Positions 28,368-37,890 of a stretch of 64,000 nt of DNA are shown here, piece after piece. The notes under the pieces are model-generated. The model had not been told where the DNA came from. It did not search any database and saw only the letters and a program-made list of their open reading frames with translations. Numbering within the stretch: position 1 is the first letter of the stretch; the number at the start of each line of letters is the position of its first letter. This stretch comes from Candidatus Sericytochromatia bacterium (GTDB taxonomy: Bacteria; Cyanobacteriota; Sericytochromatia; S15B-MN24; JAQBPE01). Position numbers and translations under genes: made by a program. The DNA lies in assembly GCA_035285125.1 (NCBI GenBank), contig JAYKHR010000045.1, forward strand, positions 32,001-96,000, given 5' to 3'.

Positions 28368-30461
28368 ATGCCGCGAACCTCTCGACGCCGCCAACCGCCC
28401 TCGCGCCGGGGGCCTTCCCGCCTCAAGCGCTGGCTCCTCGCGGCCGCATTGCTCGGCGCCACGAGCGTGGCAGGCCTCGCCACCGGCGTGGGGTTCATGG
28501 TGTGGCACATCCCCCCCGTCGAGCGCCTGCTCGCGGCCCGGCCCACGGGCGCCACCACCATCTTTGATCGCCACGGGCGGGTGGTCGCCAGCCTGCAAAA
28601 CGGCGAGAACCGTGAGATCGTGCCGCTCGACGAGATCGCCCCGGCCGTCCAGCAGGCCGTGATCGCTGCCGAGGACATCCGCTTCTACGACCACCACGGG
28701 CTCGACCCCAGGGGCCTCGCCAGGGCGCTCTTCACGCGCGGCGAGCGGGGCGGCGGCAGCACCATCACGCAGCAGCTCGCCAAGAACCTGTTCCTGAGCG
28801 CGGACCGCACCGTCAGCCGCAAGGTCGCCGACATGTGGCTGGCCCTGCAGTTGGAGCGCACCTTGCCCAAGCGCAAGATCCTCGAGATGTATCTCAACCA
28901 GGTGTATTTCGGTCATGGTGCCTACGGGGTCGAGTCAGCCACCCGTAAATACTTCGGCAAAAAGGCGAGGGATCTCGAGGTCGCAGAGGCTGCCCAGCTG
29001 GCCGCGCTGCTGCCGGCGCCCGAGTACCGGTCGCCCTACCGCAAGCCGGAGGTGGCCGAGCAGTGGCGCAAGGTGGTGCTGCAGCGGATGGTCGACGCCC
29101 GCTACCTCGACCCCGCCGAGGCCGAGAAGGCCGCCGCGCGAAAGCTGCGCTTCGCGAACACGCCGGACTACGCCTACCGCGCCCCGTACTTCACGAGCCA
29201 CGTGCTGAGCCTCCTGACGGAGCGGCTCGGGCGCGACCTCGTCGAACGCGGGGCGCTGCGCATCCATACCACGATGGACCTCGGGCTTCAGGAGGAGGCC
29301 GAGCGGCTGATCCGCACCGGCGTGGCGAGCGCCCGCGGCTTCAAGGTCGGCCAGGGGGCCCTGGTGGCGGTCGAGCCCGGCACCGGGGCGGTGCGGGCGC
29401 TCGTGGGCGGCACCAGCTACGACGCCAGCCAGTTCAACCGCGCCGTTCAGGCCCACCGCCAGCCGGGCTCCACGTTCAAGCCTTTCGTGTACCTGGCCGC
29501 CTTCGTGAAGGGCTTCGGGCCCGCCTCCATGGTCGAGGACGCCCCGGCGAACTTCGACGGCTACAAGCCCCTGAACTACGACCACCGCTTCCACGGCAGC
29601 GTGTCCTACGAGCGCGCGCTGGCCTTCTCGTACAACGTCCCGGCCGTCCGCGTCGCGTACCAGGTCGGCATCGACGAGGTGATCAAGACGGCCCGCCTCG
29701 CGGGCATCACCAGCCCGTTGCCGCCAGAGCTCTCGGTGGCGCTGGGGTCGGCCGAGGTGACCCCGCTGGAGCTCGCGGGGGCCTACGCCACGCTGGCTGC
29801 GGACGGCACCTACGCGGAGCCGCACCTCATCTCGCGGGTCGAAGACCAGGCGGGGCAGCTGATCGAACAGACGATGACGAGCGGGGCCCCCGTGTTCCCG
29901 GCGGATGCCGTGGCGTCCCTGCACCGCTGCCTCGCGGGCGTCGTCACCTACGGCACGGGGGCCGGCGCCAACATCGGTCGCCCGGCGGGCGGCAAGACGG
30001 GCACGACCAGCGAGAACCGCGACACGTGGTTCGCGGGCTACACCCCCGACCTCGCCTGCGTCGTGTGGCTGGGCAACGACGACAACTCGCGCCTGGGCCG
30101 CACGGCCACCGGCGGCCAGCTCGCGGCCCCTCTCTGGTCTCGCTTCATGCGCGCGGCCCACCGGGGCCTGCCGGTCCGGGGCCTGGCCATGGCCGCGGCC
30201 GCCGACCCGGAGGCCACCGCCAGTGCCTCGGCCGATCCCGCAGGCAGCCTGCCCGTGGAGCCAACCTTCGCCACGCCGACGCCACCGCCCACCGAGGCCC
30301 AGCCGGAGCTGCCCGTGCTGCAGGGGTCGCCGCTGGCCGAGCCCCTGCCCACGCTGGAGCCGACGCCGGTGCCGCCGCCGCCGACGGAGGCCGCACCCCG
30401 TGAAGAGCCCACCCCGCTGACGGGCGGGGGCCAGCCCCAGCTCATCGAGGGGGGGGAGTGA
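28368..30461 (+). CDS. Class A penicillin-binding protein (PBP1A family)
   Basis: EDIRFYDHHG, GGSTITQQLAKN, QPGSTFK, SYN, KTGT. Confidence 0.95.
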   Translation: MPRTSRRRQPPSRRGPSRLKRWLLAAALLGATSVAGLATGVGFMVWHIPPVERLLAARPTGATTIFDRHGRVVASLQNGENREIVPLDEIAPAVQQAVIAAEDIRFYDHHGLDPRGLARALFTRGERGGGSTITQQLAKNLFLSADRTVSRKVADMWLALQLERTLPKRKILEMYLNQVYFGHGAYGVESATRKYFGKKARDLEVAEAAQLAALLPAPEYRSPYRKPEVAEQWRKVVLQRMVDARYLDPAEAEKAAARKLRFANTPDYAYRAPYFTSHVLSLLTERLGRDLVERGALRIHTTMDLGLQEEAERLIRTGVASARGFKVGQGALVAVEPGTGAVRALVGGTSYDASQFNRAVQAHRQPGSTFKPFVYLAAFVKGFGPASMVEDAPANFDGYKPLNYDHRFHGSVSYERALAFSYNVPAVRVAYQVGIDEVIKTARLAGITSPLPPELSVALGSAEVTPLELAGAYATLAADGTYAEPHLISRVEDQAGQLIEQTMTSGAPVFPADAVASLHRCLAGVVTYGTGAGANIGRPAGGKTGTTSENRDTWFAGYTPDLACVVWLGNDDNSRLGRTATGGQLAAPLWSRFMRAAHRGLPVRGLAMAAAADPEATASASADPAGSLPVEPTFATPTPPPTEAQPELPVLQGSPLAEPLPTLEPTPVPPPPTEAAPREEPTPLTGGGQPQLIEGGE

Positions 30462-30739
30462 CGGCCAGCGAGGCGAAGCTGGACTGTCTGGCCTGCGGGG
30501 CGTGCTGCGTCGCGCCCGACATCAGCACCCTGGGCAAGGCGCTCGGCGAGCGCTGCCGCCACCTGGGGGCGGACTGCCTGTGCACCATCTACGAGTCGCG
30601 GCCGGCGGTGTGCCGGGGCTACCAGCCCGACTGGGTCTGCCTGGAGGTCGCCCCGCTGCCGACGCTGCAGGCGCGGGTGGACCGCTACCTGGCCATCTAC
30701 GGGCTGGAGGCGGGCGTGGGCCCGGGGGAGGCACGGTGA
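30458..30739 (+). CDS. YkgJ-family cysteine-cluster protein
   Basis: CLACGACC...C.HL...CTIYESRP.VC. Confidence 0.88.
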   Translation: MTASEAKLDCLACGACCVAPDISTLGKALGERCRHLGADCLCTIYESRPAVCRGYQPDWVCLEVAPLPTLQARVDRYLAIYGLEAGVGPGEAR

Positions 30740-31065
30740 GCGAGGACGAGCTGGAGCCCCACCTGCGGGCCGCCCTGGGCGAGGTGCGCGACCACCTGGA
30801 GGTGACGCGGCGGCCCCGGCCAGCTGCGCCACAGCCCGCGCCGGAGGTCGAGCTGCCGGAGCACCTGGCCGGGCGAGACACCACGGACCGCTTCACGCGC
30901 GGGGGGGGCCGCCCGGCACCGAACCCCCCGCGCCCCAAGGCTCCCAAGCTGGAGCGCCACCTGGCCGAGCGCCTCAAGGAGGTGTCGGACGAGGCGGTCC
31001 TCGGGGGGGGGCCGTCGGCCTGGGAGGACTACCAGGCCATGCGCAAGCGGCTGCAGGGGGGCTGA
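30736..31065 (+). CDS. Hypothetical protein
   Basis: GTG overlapping the YkgJ stop; operon-like packing. Confidence 0.6.
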   Translation: MSEDELEPHLRAALGEVRDHLEVTRRPRPAAPQPAPEVELPEHLAGRDTTDRFTRGGGRPAPNPPRPKAPKLERHLAERLKEVSDEAVLGGGPSAWEDYQAMRKRLQGG

Positions 31066-31068
31066 GCG

Positions 31069-31566
31069 ATGGCCCCAGGCAGGCTGCTCGGCTGGTGGAT
31101 CGGGCTGACGCTGGCGCTGCAGGCCGCCGCGGGCGCCGCACCGGTGCGGCCTGCCGGCGAGCGCCTCGACGAGGCGCTGCGCCAGGTGCGCGTGCGCCTC
31201 GGCTTCGTGGCGCTGGCGGGCTCGCCCCTGCTGCGGGACGAGGCGGAGGGCGAGGTGTTGCGCGCCTTCGCGGCTGGCCTCGCGGCGGCCGTCGAGGGGG
31301 GCGCGATCGTGCCCGAGCGCCACGCGCGGCTGCAGGAGGCCGGCCTCGCGATCGACCAGCGCTTCCCGGAGGCCCCCTACCGCCTGGTGGTGGACGCAGG
31401 CGACGGGCTGCCCGCCATCACGATGCGGCTCCGGCGTCACCCCTGGAGCACGCTGCATGGCCTGCCGCTGCTGGGGTGGCGGACGCACGGCATCGGGGGT
31501 GGGCTGCTGCTGCGCCCCGTGACGTGGCGCCCGGGGCCCGAGGTGCCGACGGCCTACTTCGAGTGA
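31069..31566 (+). CDS. Hypothetical exported protein
   Basis: Signal-peptide-like N-terminus; follows the previous ORF by 3 nt. Confidence 0.55.
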   Translation: MAPGRLLGWWIGLTLALQAAAGAAPVRPAGERLDEALRQVRVRLGFVALAGSPLLRDEAEGEVLRAFAAGLAAAVEGGAIVPERHARLQEAGLAIDQRFPEAPYRLVVDAGDGLPAITMRLRRHPWSTLHGLPLLGWRTHGIGGGLLLRPVTWRPGPEVPTAYFE

Positions 31567-31648
31567 TCAGGCGGGCGGCACGCGAGGTTGCGCGCCACCC
31601 CCCGGCCTCCTAGAATGGCACCGTTGCCTGCATCCAAAGGAGCGTGCC

Positions 31649-32488
31649 ATGCGTTACGAGATCGCCTACCAACCGTCCTACTCGCTGGCCGTCGTGCACC
31701 TCGAACGCGGCGAGGAGATCCGCTGCGAGTCGGGCGCGATGGTGAGCATGTCGTCGGACCTCGTGCTCGAGGCCAAGATGAACGGCGGCAGCGAGAACAA
31801 GGGCCTGCTCGGCTCGGCCTTCGGTGCGCTGAAGCGCAAGGTGCTCGGCGGCGAGAGCTTCTTCGTGACGACGGTGCGGGCCGATCAGGCCCCCGGCGAG
31901 GTCACGCTGGCCCCCAGCACCCCCGGCGACATCGTGGCGATGCCCCTCGACGGCCGCGCCCTGCTGGTGCAGGCCGGATCCTACCTCGCGAGCGCCATGA
32001 CGGTGGAGGTGGACACCAAGATCGACCTCGGCGGCGGCATCAAGAACCTCGTCGGCGGCGAGAGCCTGTTCTTCCTGAAGGTCTCGGGGCGCGGCCCCGT
32101 GTTCCTGACCTCCTTCGGCGCCATCCACGAGAAAAAGCTGCAGCCCGGCGAGCGCTACACCGTCGACTCGGGGCACCTCGTGGCCTACGAGGAGGGCATG
32201 GCGATGGACGTCGGGATGGCCTCCGAGCAGGGCGGCTTCCTGAAGCGCGGCCTCAACTCCGTGACGACGGGCGAGGGCCTGGTCATGAAGTTCACGGGCC
32301 CGGGCACCGTCTGGCTGCAGACGCGCAACCCGGAGGCCTTCTCGAACTGGGTGTACAGCCTGCTGCCGAAGCCGCAGGGCGCGGCGGCCGCGGCCCCCAC
32401 GAGCCCCGAGGCCGCCGTGGGCGGGGCGCTGCTCGGTGGGGCAGGGGCGCTGCTCGGCGGCATGTTCGGCGGCGACGACGAGGGCTGA
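31649..32488 (+). CDS. AIM24 / TIGR00266 family protein
   Basis: ESGAMVSMS, GGESFF, SFGAI, VDSGHLVA, GEGLV..FTGPGTVWLQTRN; AAGGAG SD. Confidence 0.9.
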   Translation: MRYEIAYQPSYSLAVVHLERGEEIRCESGAMVSMSSDLVLEAKMNGGSENKGLLGSAFGALKRKVLGGESFFVTTVRADQAPGEVTLAPSTPGDIVAMPLDGRALLVQAGSYLASAMTVEVDTKIDLGGGIKNLVGGESLFFLKVSGRGPVFLTSFGAIHEKKLQPGERYTVDSGHLVAYEEGMAMDVGMASEQGGFLKRGLNSVTTGEGLVMKFTGPGTVWLQTRNPEAFSNWVYSLLPKPQGAAAAAPTSPEAAVGGALLGGAGALLGGMFGGDDEG

Positions 32489-32499
32489 GCCCCACGGCC

Positions 32500-32694
32500 A
32501 TGCGCTGGAAGCTCGACGCCCTGATCGAAACTCGGTTCGAGGGCCCGGATGACGAGGTCCGGGCCCGCAAGATCGTGCAGGCAGAGCTCTGGCGCCTGAT
32601 CGAGGGCCTGGAGGCGGCGCTGGGCAACCAGCTCGGCACGTCCGTCACGGTGCTCGCCTGCGAGCCCCTCGCCGACGAGGCCGAGGGCGGCTGA
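32500..32694 (+). CDS. Small hypothetical protein
   Basis: MRWKLDALIETRFEG...; GC3-biased; 11 nt after the AIM24 gene. Confidence 0.55.
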   Translation: MRWKLDALIETRFEGPDDEVRARKIVQAELWRLIEGLEAALGNQLGTSVTVLACEPLADEAEGG

Positions 32695-32698
32695 CGCC

Positions 32699-33913
32699 TC
32701 AGCGGGCCGTGGGCGCCAGGGCGCGGCGGGCGTTGATGCGGCCGTGGCCGAAGCGCGGATCGAAGCCCGGCTCGCCGAGGTCGTCGGCCGTCGCCTCGAG
32801 GTGCGCCTTGATCCGGGCGGCCGGCCAGTCGGGGTGCTGGGCCTTCACGAGGGCCGCCAGGCCCGCCACGTGCGGGGCCGCCATGGAGGTGCCTGACACG
32901 GCCTCGTACTTGCCGTACAGCACAGTGGAAAGGACGCGGTGGCCCGGCGCCACCACGGAGAGGTGGGGCCCCTCGTTCGAGAAGCCCGCCTTGGTGTCGT
33001 CGGCCTTCGTGGCGCCCACGGCCAGCACGCCCGGGTAGGCGGCCGGGTAGGAGGGCGCGTCCGTGGCCTCGTTGCCCATCGCGGCGACCACGAGCACGCC
33101 GGCCTTCACGGCGTAGGCGACGGCCTGCTTGAGCGTGTAGGAGGCGTTGGGCGCGCCGAGGCTGAGGTTCATGATCGGCACGCCCGCCTGGGCCGCGTAC
33201 ACGATGCCGTCGGCGATGTTCGCCCAGGTGCCCTCGCCGACCTGGTCCATCACCTTCACGGCCAGCAGGCGCACGCCGGGTGCCACGCCCGCGATGCCGT
33301 GGCCGTCGTCGAGGCCGGCGCCGATGATGCCCGCGCAGTGGGTGCCGTGCATCATGTCGTCCCGCGCATCGTAGTCGCGGTTGATGAAGTCGAATCCCGG
33401 GTCCACACGGTCGCCGAACTCGGGGTGCTTGTAGTAGATGCCCGTGTCGACCACGGCGACGGTGACCTTCGGGCTCCCCGTCGTCACGGCCCAGGCGCCC
33501 GACGCCTCGATGCGCGGCAGGGCCCACTGCTGCTCCAGCAGCGGGTCGCCACCCGTGGCCGAGCCCAGCGGCAGGCGAGGGGCCTCGCGCGTCAGCGGCG
33601 GCAGCTTCACCACGCCGTTCGGCTCGACCCACCGCACGGCAGGGTCCTGCCGAAGGGCCGCCACGGCGGCGTCGCGGTCGGGGGCCGTCATCACCACGGC
33701 CCCCAGGGCCTCCAGGCGCCGCACGGTGCGGGCGCCGAGGCGCTGCGTCAGGGCCTGAGGCTGCCGCCCCGGGTGCAGCCCGACGATCAGCTCCTGGGCA
33801 GCCCGGGCGGCGGCTTGCGAGCCGCCCGTCACCCGCTCGAGCCCGCCAGGGAGCGGGGCCTGGGTGGTGCAGGCGGTGAGCAGGCCGGTAAGGAGGGGCA
33901 GGAGGCGGCGCAT
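32699..33913 (-). CDS. S8 subtilisin-like serine protease, lipoprotein
   Basis: Lipobox LLTAC; catalytic DTG, HGTH, GTSMAAP. Confidence 0.93.
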   Translation of the reverse strand: MRRLLPLLTGLLTACTTQAPLPGGLERVTGGSQAAARAAQELIVGLHPGRQPQALTQRLGARTVRRLEALGAVVMTAPDRDAAVAALRQDPAVRWVEPNGVVKLPPLTREAPRLPLGSATGGDPLLEQQWALPRIEASGAWAVTTGSPKVTVAVVDTGIYYKHPEFGDRVDPGFDFINRDYDARDDMMHGTHCAGIIGAGLDDGHGIAGVAPGVRLLAVKVMDQVGEGTWANIADGIVYAAQAGVPIMNLSLGAPNASYTLKQAVAYAVKAGVLVVAAMGNEATDAPSYPAAYPGVLAVGATKADDTKAGFSNEGPHLSVVAPGHRVLSTVLYGKYEAVSGTSMAAPHVAGLAALVKAQHPDWPAARIKAHLEATADDLGEPGFDPRFGHGRINARRALAPTAR

Positions 33914-33926
33914 CGGCAGGACCTTG

Positions 33927-33952
33927 TTAAAATAAGAATAAAACCAGGTTAA
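33927..33952. promoter_or_regulatory. Three 11-bp-phased sites (TTAA/ATAA/TTAA) just upstream of the subtilase
   Basis: TTAA 33927, ATAA 33938, TTAA 33949; minus strand reads TTAACCT. Confidence 0.6.
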
Positions 33953-33982
33953 AAATACCACCTGGTTGCAGCCCGGAGCAAG

Positions 33983-34015
33983 CGGACCCCTGCTCCCGTT
34001 GGGAGCAGGGGTCCG
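33983..34015. terminator. 15-bp perfect hairpin between the Tyr/Pro gene and the subtilase
   Basis: CGGACCCCTGCTCCC-gtt-GGGAGCAGGGGTCCG; no clear U-tract. Confidence 0.5.
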
Positions 34016-34188
34016 TGAGGCCGTCGGGGCAGGGGGCCCGGGAACCCTGGCCCGGACGGTCCTGGGGCCTGGGGCCCGCCCCGTGTGGCGGGCAACTGGA
34101 GGGTGATGGGGGGCCACCCGCGAACCCGGCCAGGGCGACGGCCACGTCAAGGCAAAGCCGGCGACCCGACCTCGCGCGGTCGCGTCCG

Positions 34189-34632
34189 TCACTCCCCGCG
34201 AGCCATCGGGTGGTAGGGGTGGGTCGGATACGGCGGATAGGGCGGGTAGGTGGGGTAGGTCGGGTACCCCGGGTGGTAGCCGTATCCCGGATCGAAGAAC
34301 GACCGCAGGCCGCGGCCGACGGCGGCCAGCGCCTCCCACGCGAGGCCCACGACGCCGACGGCGACCTCCCAGCCGAACCGCAGCGGCACCATCGCCACGC
34401 AGGCGGTCCACGACACCACCTCCCACAGGCCGCGCCCGATCTGGGCCAAGCCGTTGCCCAGGCTGGGCTGGTAGGGGTAGTACGGGTAGGTCGGGTAGCC
34501 GGGGTAGCCATGCGCCGCGGTGGCGACAACGGCCCGGGGGGCAGCCCCCCCGGCGGGTTGGGCGACGGGCAGCGGAGCCCCCCGGCGACGCGCGGGGAGG
34601 GGAATGGGCGACAGGGCGTTGATGGGCGACAC
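34189..34632 (-). CDS. Tyr/Pro-rich small protein with central hydrophobic segment
   Basis: GYPGYPTYPYYPY and YPTYPTYPPYPPYP blocks; GAGG SD before GTG 34632. Confidence 0.7.
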   Translation of the reverse strand: MSPINALSPIPLPARRRGAPLPVAQPAGGAAPRAVVATAAHGYPGYPTYPYYPYQPSLGNGLAQIGRGLWEVVSWTACVAMVPLRFGWEVAVGVVGLAWEALAAVGRGLRSFFDPGYGYHPGYPTYPTYPPYPPYPTHPYHPMARGE

Positions 34633-34716
34633 GGGGACACCTCGGACTGACGGAGCAGGACAGGGTCGAGGTCGGCCTCGCCGCCAACGGCCCACCAACA
34701 GGCCCGGCTATAGTCA

Positions 34717-34802
34717 TTAAGGTCCTCTTAAATTGTCCTTTCCTCCGTCCGCCGGCGTCAGATCATTAATCAAGTCTTTAACTTCAGTGAACCTCTTGTG
34801 AA
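34717..34802. promoter_or_regulatory. Divergent promoter region with two phased TTAA arrays
   Basis: TTAA 34717 and 34728; TTAA/TTTA/TGAA/TGAA at 34766, 34777, 34788, 34799. Confidence 0.65.
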
Positions 34803-34860
34803 CCAGGTGAGGGCCCTGGGTGGCGACAACTCCTGCGTGACGCGATGAGAGGTTGCTGCG

Positions 34861-35400
34861 ATGCCCACCCCCACCACCACCCCCTCCCCCTTCTACAAGA
34901 GCCTGGTGCAGGCGCTGCTTCCCACGCAGCAGACCACCAAGGTGACGGCCGCCGAGACCGAGACGGCCACGCGCTGGGAGGTCCAGCAGGGCGCAGCCAA
35001 GGCCGTGACCCAGCAAAACAGGCTGACGGGGCTCGAGACCGAGACCCGCACCCGGTGGGAGGCCTTCGCCGTGCAGCACGGCGGGCTCGGCTTCGACGAA
35101 TTCGTGCGCGGCTCGACCGTCGTGCCCGGCGGCGTGAAGGCCGCGCAGCCGGTGGTGGCAACGCCCTACCAGGGTGCCCGGGCCGTCACCCAGAAGACCG
35201 TCGTGACCCAGGCCGAGACCCTCAGCGAGACGAAGTGGAAGGTCGAGGGCCAGCAGGGCCAGGAGGCCTACACCCCCGTCGAGCAGCGGACGCGGCTGGA
35301 GAACTTCGACACGAAGACCCGCACGCGCTGGGTGTTCGACCAGAAGGCTGACATCAAGCTGTTGCAGGACCTGGCGGACAAGCTGCCCGTCACGCCCTGA
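34861..35400 (+). CDS. Hypothetical Thr/Gln-rich protein with four (E/D)TxxxT(R/K)W repeats
   Basis: GAGG SD; strong GC3 bias; repeats visible in translation. Confidence 0.82.
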   Translation: MPTPTTTPSPFYKSLVQALLPTQQTTKVTAAETETATRWEVQQGAAKAVTQQNRLTGLETETRTRWEAFAVQHGGLGFDEFVRGSTVVPGGVKAAQPVVATPYQGARAVTQKTVVTQAETLSETKWKVEGQQGQEAYTPVEQRTRLENFDTKTRTRWVFDQKADIKLLQDLADKLPVTP

Positions 35401-35411
35401 GCGTCGCCCGC

Positions 35412-36578
35412 TCAGCGCGGCGACGAGAGCCAGCGCCCGAGCAACTGGCGCTCCGCGTCAGTCATGCCCGTGGCGTTGCCGGGCGGCATGGCGCGGGCGC
35501 GCACCGCCTGGCTCAAGATGCGATCCCCGGCGCGCTGGGCCCCTTCGAGCGTGTCGAGGGCCACGCCCCTGGGGGGCGCCGGCTGGCCTGGCCGCTGGGC
35601 GTGGCAGCTGACGCAGTGGCGCTGCAGGACCGGGGCGACCTCGGCCCAGACCACCGGCTGGCCTCCGGTTACCACAGGGGCCGGCCGCGTGATCGCCCAG
35701 ATCAGCCCGAAGCCGACCACCAAGGTCGCCGCCAGGGCTGGCCGCCAGGCCGGCCACGTGAAGCGGACATTCATGACGTGCCGCACGCCCGCCCCCGTGA
35801 GCATGACCACCACCAGCACGAGCCACGCGTGAGGCCCGCTGTAGGTGCTCGGGTAGTGGCCCGAGAGCATCGTGAACAGCACCGGGAAGGTCATGTAGTT
35901 GTTGTGGATGGAGCGGGTCTTGGCCGCCTTCCCGAGCGCGGCCTCCTGGCGCTTGCCGGCCTGCGTGAGTCTCACGAGCTCCCGCTGCGACGGCAAGATG
36001 TGCTGCCACACGTTGGAGACCATCAAGGTGCCCAGGATGGCGCCCATGTGCAGGAAGGCAGCCTGGCCGTTGAACAGGTGGGTGAGGGCCCAGGCCAGCC
36101 CGACCAGGGCCAGCCCGGACACCCCGGCAGCCAGCGCCGGGCGCTTGCCCAGGGGCGATCGCCAGAGCACGTCGTAGCACGCCCAGCTGCCCACCAGCAG
36201 GGCGACGCTCAGGCCGACGGCCTGCACCTGCGTCATGTCGGCGAGCTGGGCGTCGACGAGCGCCGCCTTGCCCCCGAGGTAGTAGACGACCACGAGCAGC
36301 AGGATGCCCGACACCCAGGTGGTGGTGGCCTGCAGCCAGAACCAGTGCAGCCGCGCGGGCATCTGGTGAGGCTCCAGCTGGCGCTTGCGCATCTCGTAGA
36401 AGCCACCGCTGTGGACCATCCAGATGGTCCCTTCCTCGAGCGGGCGGTCCGCCGGGGGCGGCTCGAGGTTCCGATCGAGCCAGTTCCAGAGCATCGAGTT
36501 GCCCACCCACATGATGCCGGCGATCAGGTGGACCCAGCGCACGACGAGGTCGAGGAGCTCGCGGAGGTGGGCGTCCAT
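35412..36578 (-). CDS. puuD: Urate hydroxylase PuuD (membrane domain + cytochrome c)
   Basis: RWVHLIAGIMW.G.S, WMVHSGGFY, RSIHNNYMTFPVLF.M.S.HYP, CVSCH, MPPGN.T.MT..ER. Confidence 0.9.
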   Translation of the reverse strand: MDAHLRELLDLVVRWVHLIAGIMWVGNSMLWNWLDRNLEPPPADRPLEEGTIWMVHSGGFYEMRKRQLEPHQMPARLHWFWLQATTTWVSGILLLVVVYYLGGKAALVDAQLADMTQVQAVGLSVALLVGSWACYDVLWRSPLGKRPALAAGVSGLALVGLAWALTHLFNGQAAFLHMGAILGTLMVSNVWQHILPSQRELVRLTQAGKRQEAALGKAAKTRSIHNNYMTFPVLFTMLSGHYPSTYSGPHAWLVLVVVMLTGAGVRHVMNVRFTWPAWRPALAATLVVGFGLIWAITRPAPVVTGGQPVVWAEVAPVLQRHCVSCHAQRPGQPAPPRGVALDTLEGAQRAGDRILSQAVRARAMPPGNATGMTDAERQLLGRWLSSPR

Positions 36579-36717
36579 GGGGGCTCCTTGCGGTCACGCA
36601 GCCTTGCCGGGTCCCAGTATAAGAGCGCGCAGGCGAGCCTACAACACCCCTGGCAACCTTGAGCCAATCACGGCCGCGGGTGGTACATTGGTGCTCACGG
36701 AGGGTCACCTGCGCCAC

Positions 36718-37416
36718 ATGGGGCACCACATCGCCATCATCGAAGACGATCCCGCCATCCGGCGGCTCGTGACCTTCTTGCTCACCAACGAAGGCTTCGA
36801 CACCACGGCCTTCGAGAGCGTGCAGCAGGCGCGCGAGGCGTGGCGAGAAGGCTTCCCTGACATGCTCGTCCTCGACCTGATGCTGCCCGACGAGGACGGC
36901 CTGTCCTTTTGCCGCTCGCTGCGAGAGGCCCCGGAGGCAGGCCACCTGCCCGTGCTGGCCCTCACGGCCCGGGACCAGACCGTCGACAAGTACGAGGCCT
37001 ACAAGGCCGGCTTCGACGGCTACCTCGTGAAGCCCTTCGACCCGCTCGAGTTCGTGTACACCATCCGGGCCTTCCTCCGGCTCGCCAGCCAGCGCGACGA
37101 GGAGACGAAGACCGAGTTTGGCCCCCCTGACTTCCGGGTCTCGCCGGCCCGCTTCACGGTGACGGTGCAGGGCGCGGAGGTGAACCTGACGCGGCTCGAG
37201 ACGGCCCTGCTGTCGCACCTCGTGCAGCGCCCCCGCGAGGTCTACTCGGCAGAGGCCCTCGCCGAGATGGTGCTGTTCGCCCTCAAGGGCCAGGTACGCA
37301 CCGTGGACGCGGTCCACGCCCACATCAGGAACCTGCGGGCAAAGATCGAGCAGGACCCCAAGCAGCCGGTCTGGCTCAAGACCATGGGCCGCCGGGGCTA
37401 CTACTTCGACGCCTGA
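36718..37416 (+). CDS. Orphan OmpR/PhoB-family response regulator
   Basis: IIEDD, LDLMLP, LTA, KPF receiver; winged helix LTRLE..LL, RTVDAVHAHIRNLRAKIE.DP..P..LKT..RRGY. Confidence 0.93.
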   Translation: MGHHIAIIEDDPAIRRLVTFLLTNEGFDTTAFESVQQAREAWREGFPDMLVLDLMLPDEDGLSFCRSLREAPEAGHLPVLALTARDQTVDKYEAYKAGFDGYLVKPFDPLEFVYTIRAFLRLASQRDEETKTEFGPPDFRVSPARFTVTVQGAEVNLTRLETALLSHLVQRPREVYSAEALAEMVLFALKGQVRTVDAVHAHIRNLRAKIEQDPKQPVWLKTMGRRGYYFDA

Positions 37417-37792
37417 ATAGAATTTCACAATACTTAACCCCGTAAAGATACCGAACGCCCCGCCCGCGTGCCGGGGCGCCGACACCCACCCCAGAACCGG
37501 CGACGGCGGCGTCTCGCGCACCGTTCGGGGCAGCTGAAGCCAGCAAGACGGCAGAACGGTGGCCGGGGAAACCTCGGTTATGGGGGCCTGGTCTCCCACC
37601 TCGCCCCGGGGCGCACGGCCGCTCTACTCAGGCAGGTCCAGGCTGTCACAGTACGCCTCAAGAACCCCTCAAGCTTTGCACCTCCAGGACTTTTCGACCC
37701 CACCCCAGGGCCTGCACCCGGTCACAACAGCGGCGGAAGGCGCTGTAAAAGATGTCAATTCGGGCCTATGTCCTGGTCAGAACCATACGCAT

Positions 37793-37890
37793 TTAAGCCG
37801 ATTTTAAACCGAAAAACATCACTGTGCGGAATGCCGCAAACCCCGCAGGGAACTGTTTTCGGGGGTATTTCTTCCTGCTAAACTTTTGAC
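37793..37890 (+). promoter_or_regulatory. TTAA-N7-TTAA site plus extended -10 (TGcTAAACT) of a probably leaderless XRE gene
   Basis: TTAA 37793 and 37804; TAAACT 37879-37884, ATG 6 nt later. Confidence 0.6.

Noticed and set aside
37680..37710. Minus-strand GAAAAGTCC resembling the RNase P RNA GAGGAAAGTCC motif
   Set aside because: Imperfect match and no complementary 3' conserved region recognised
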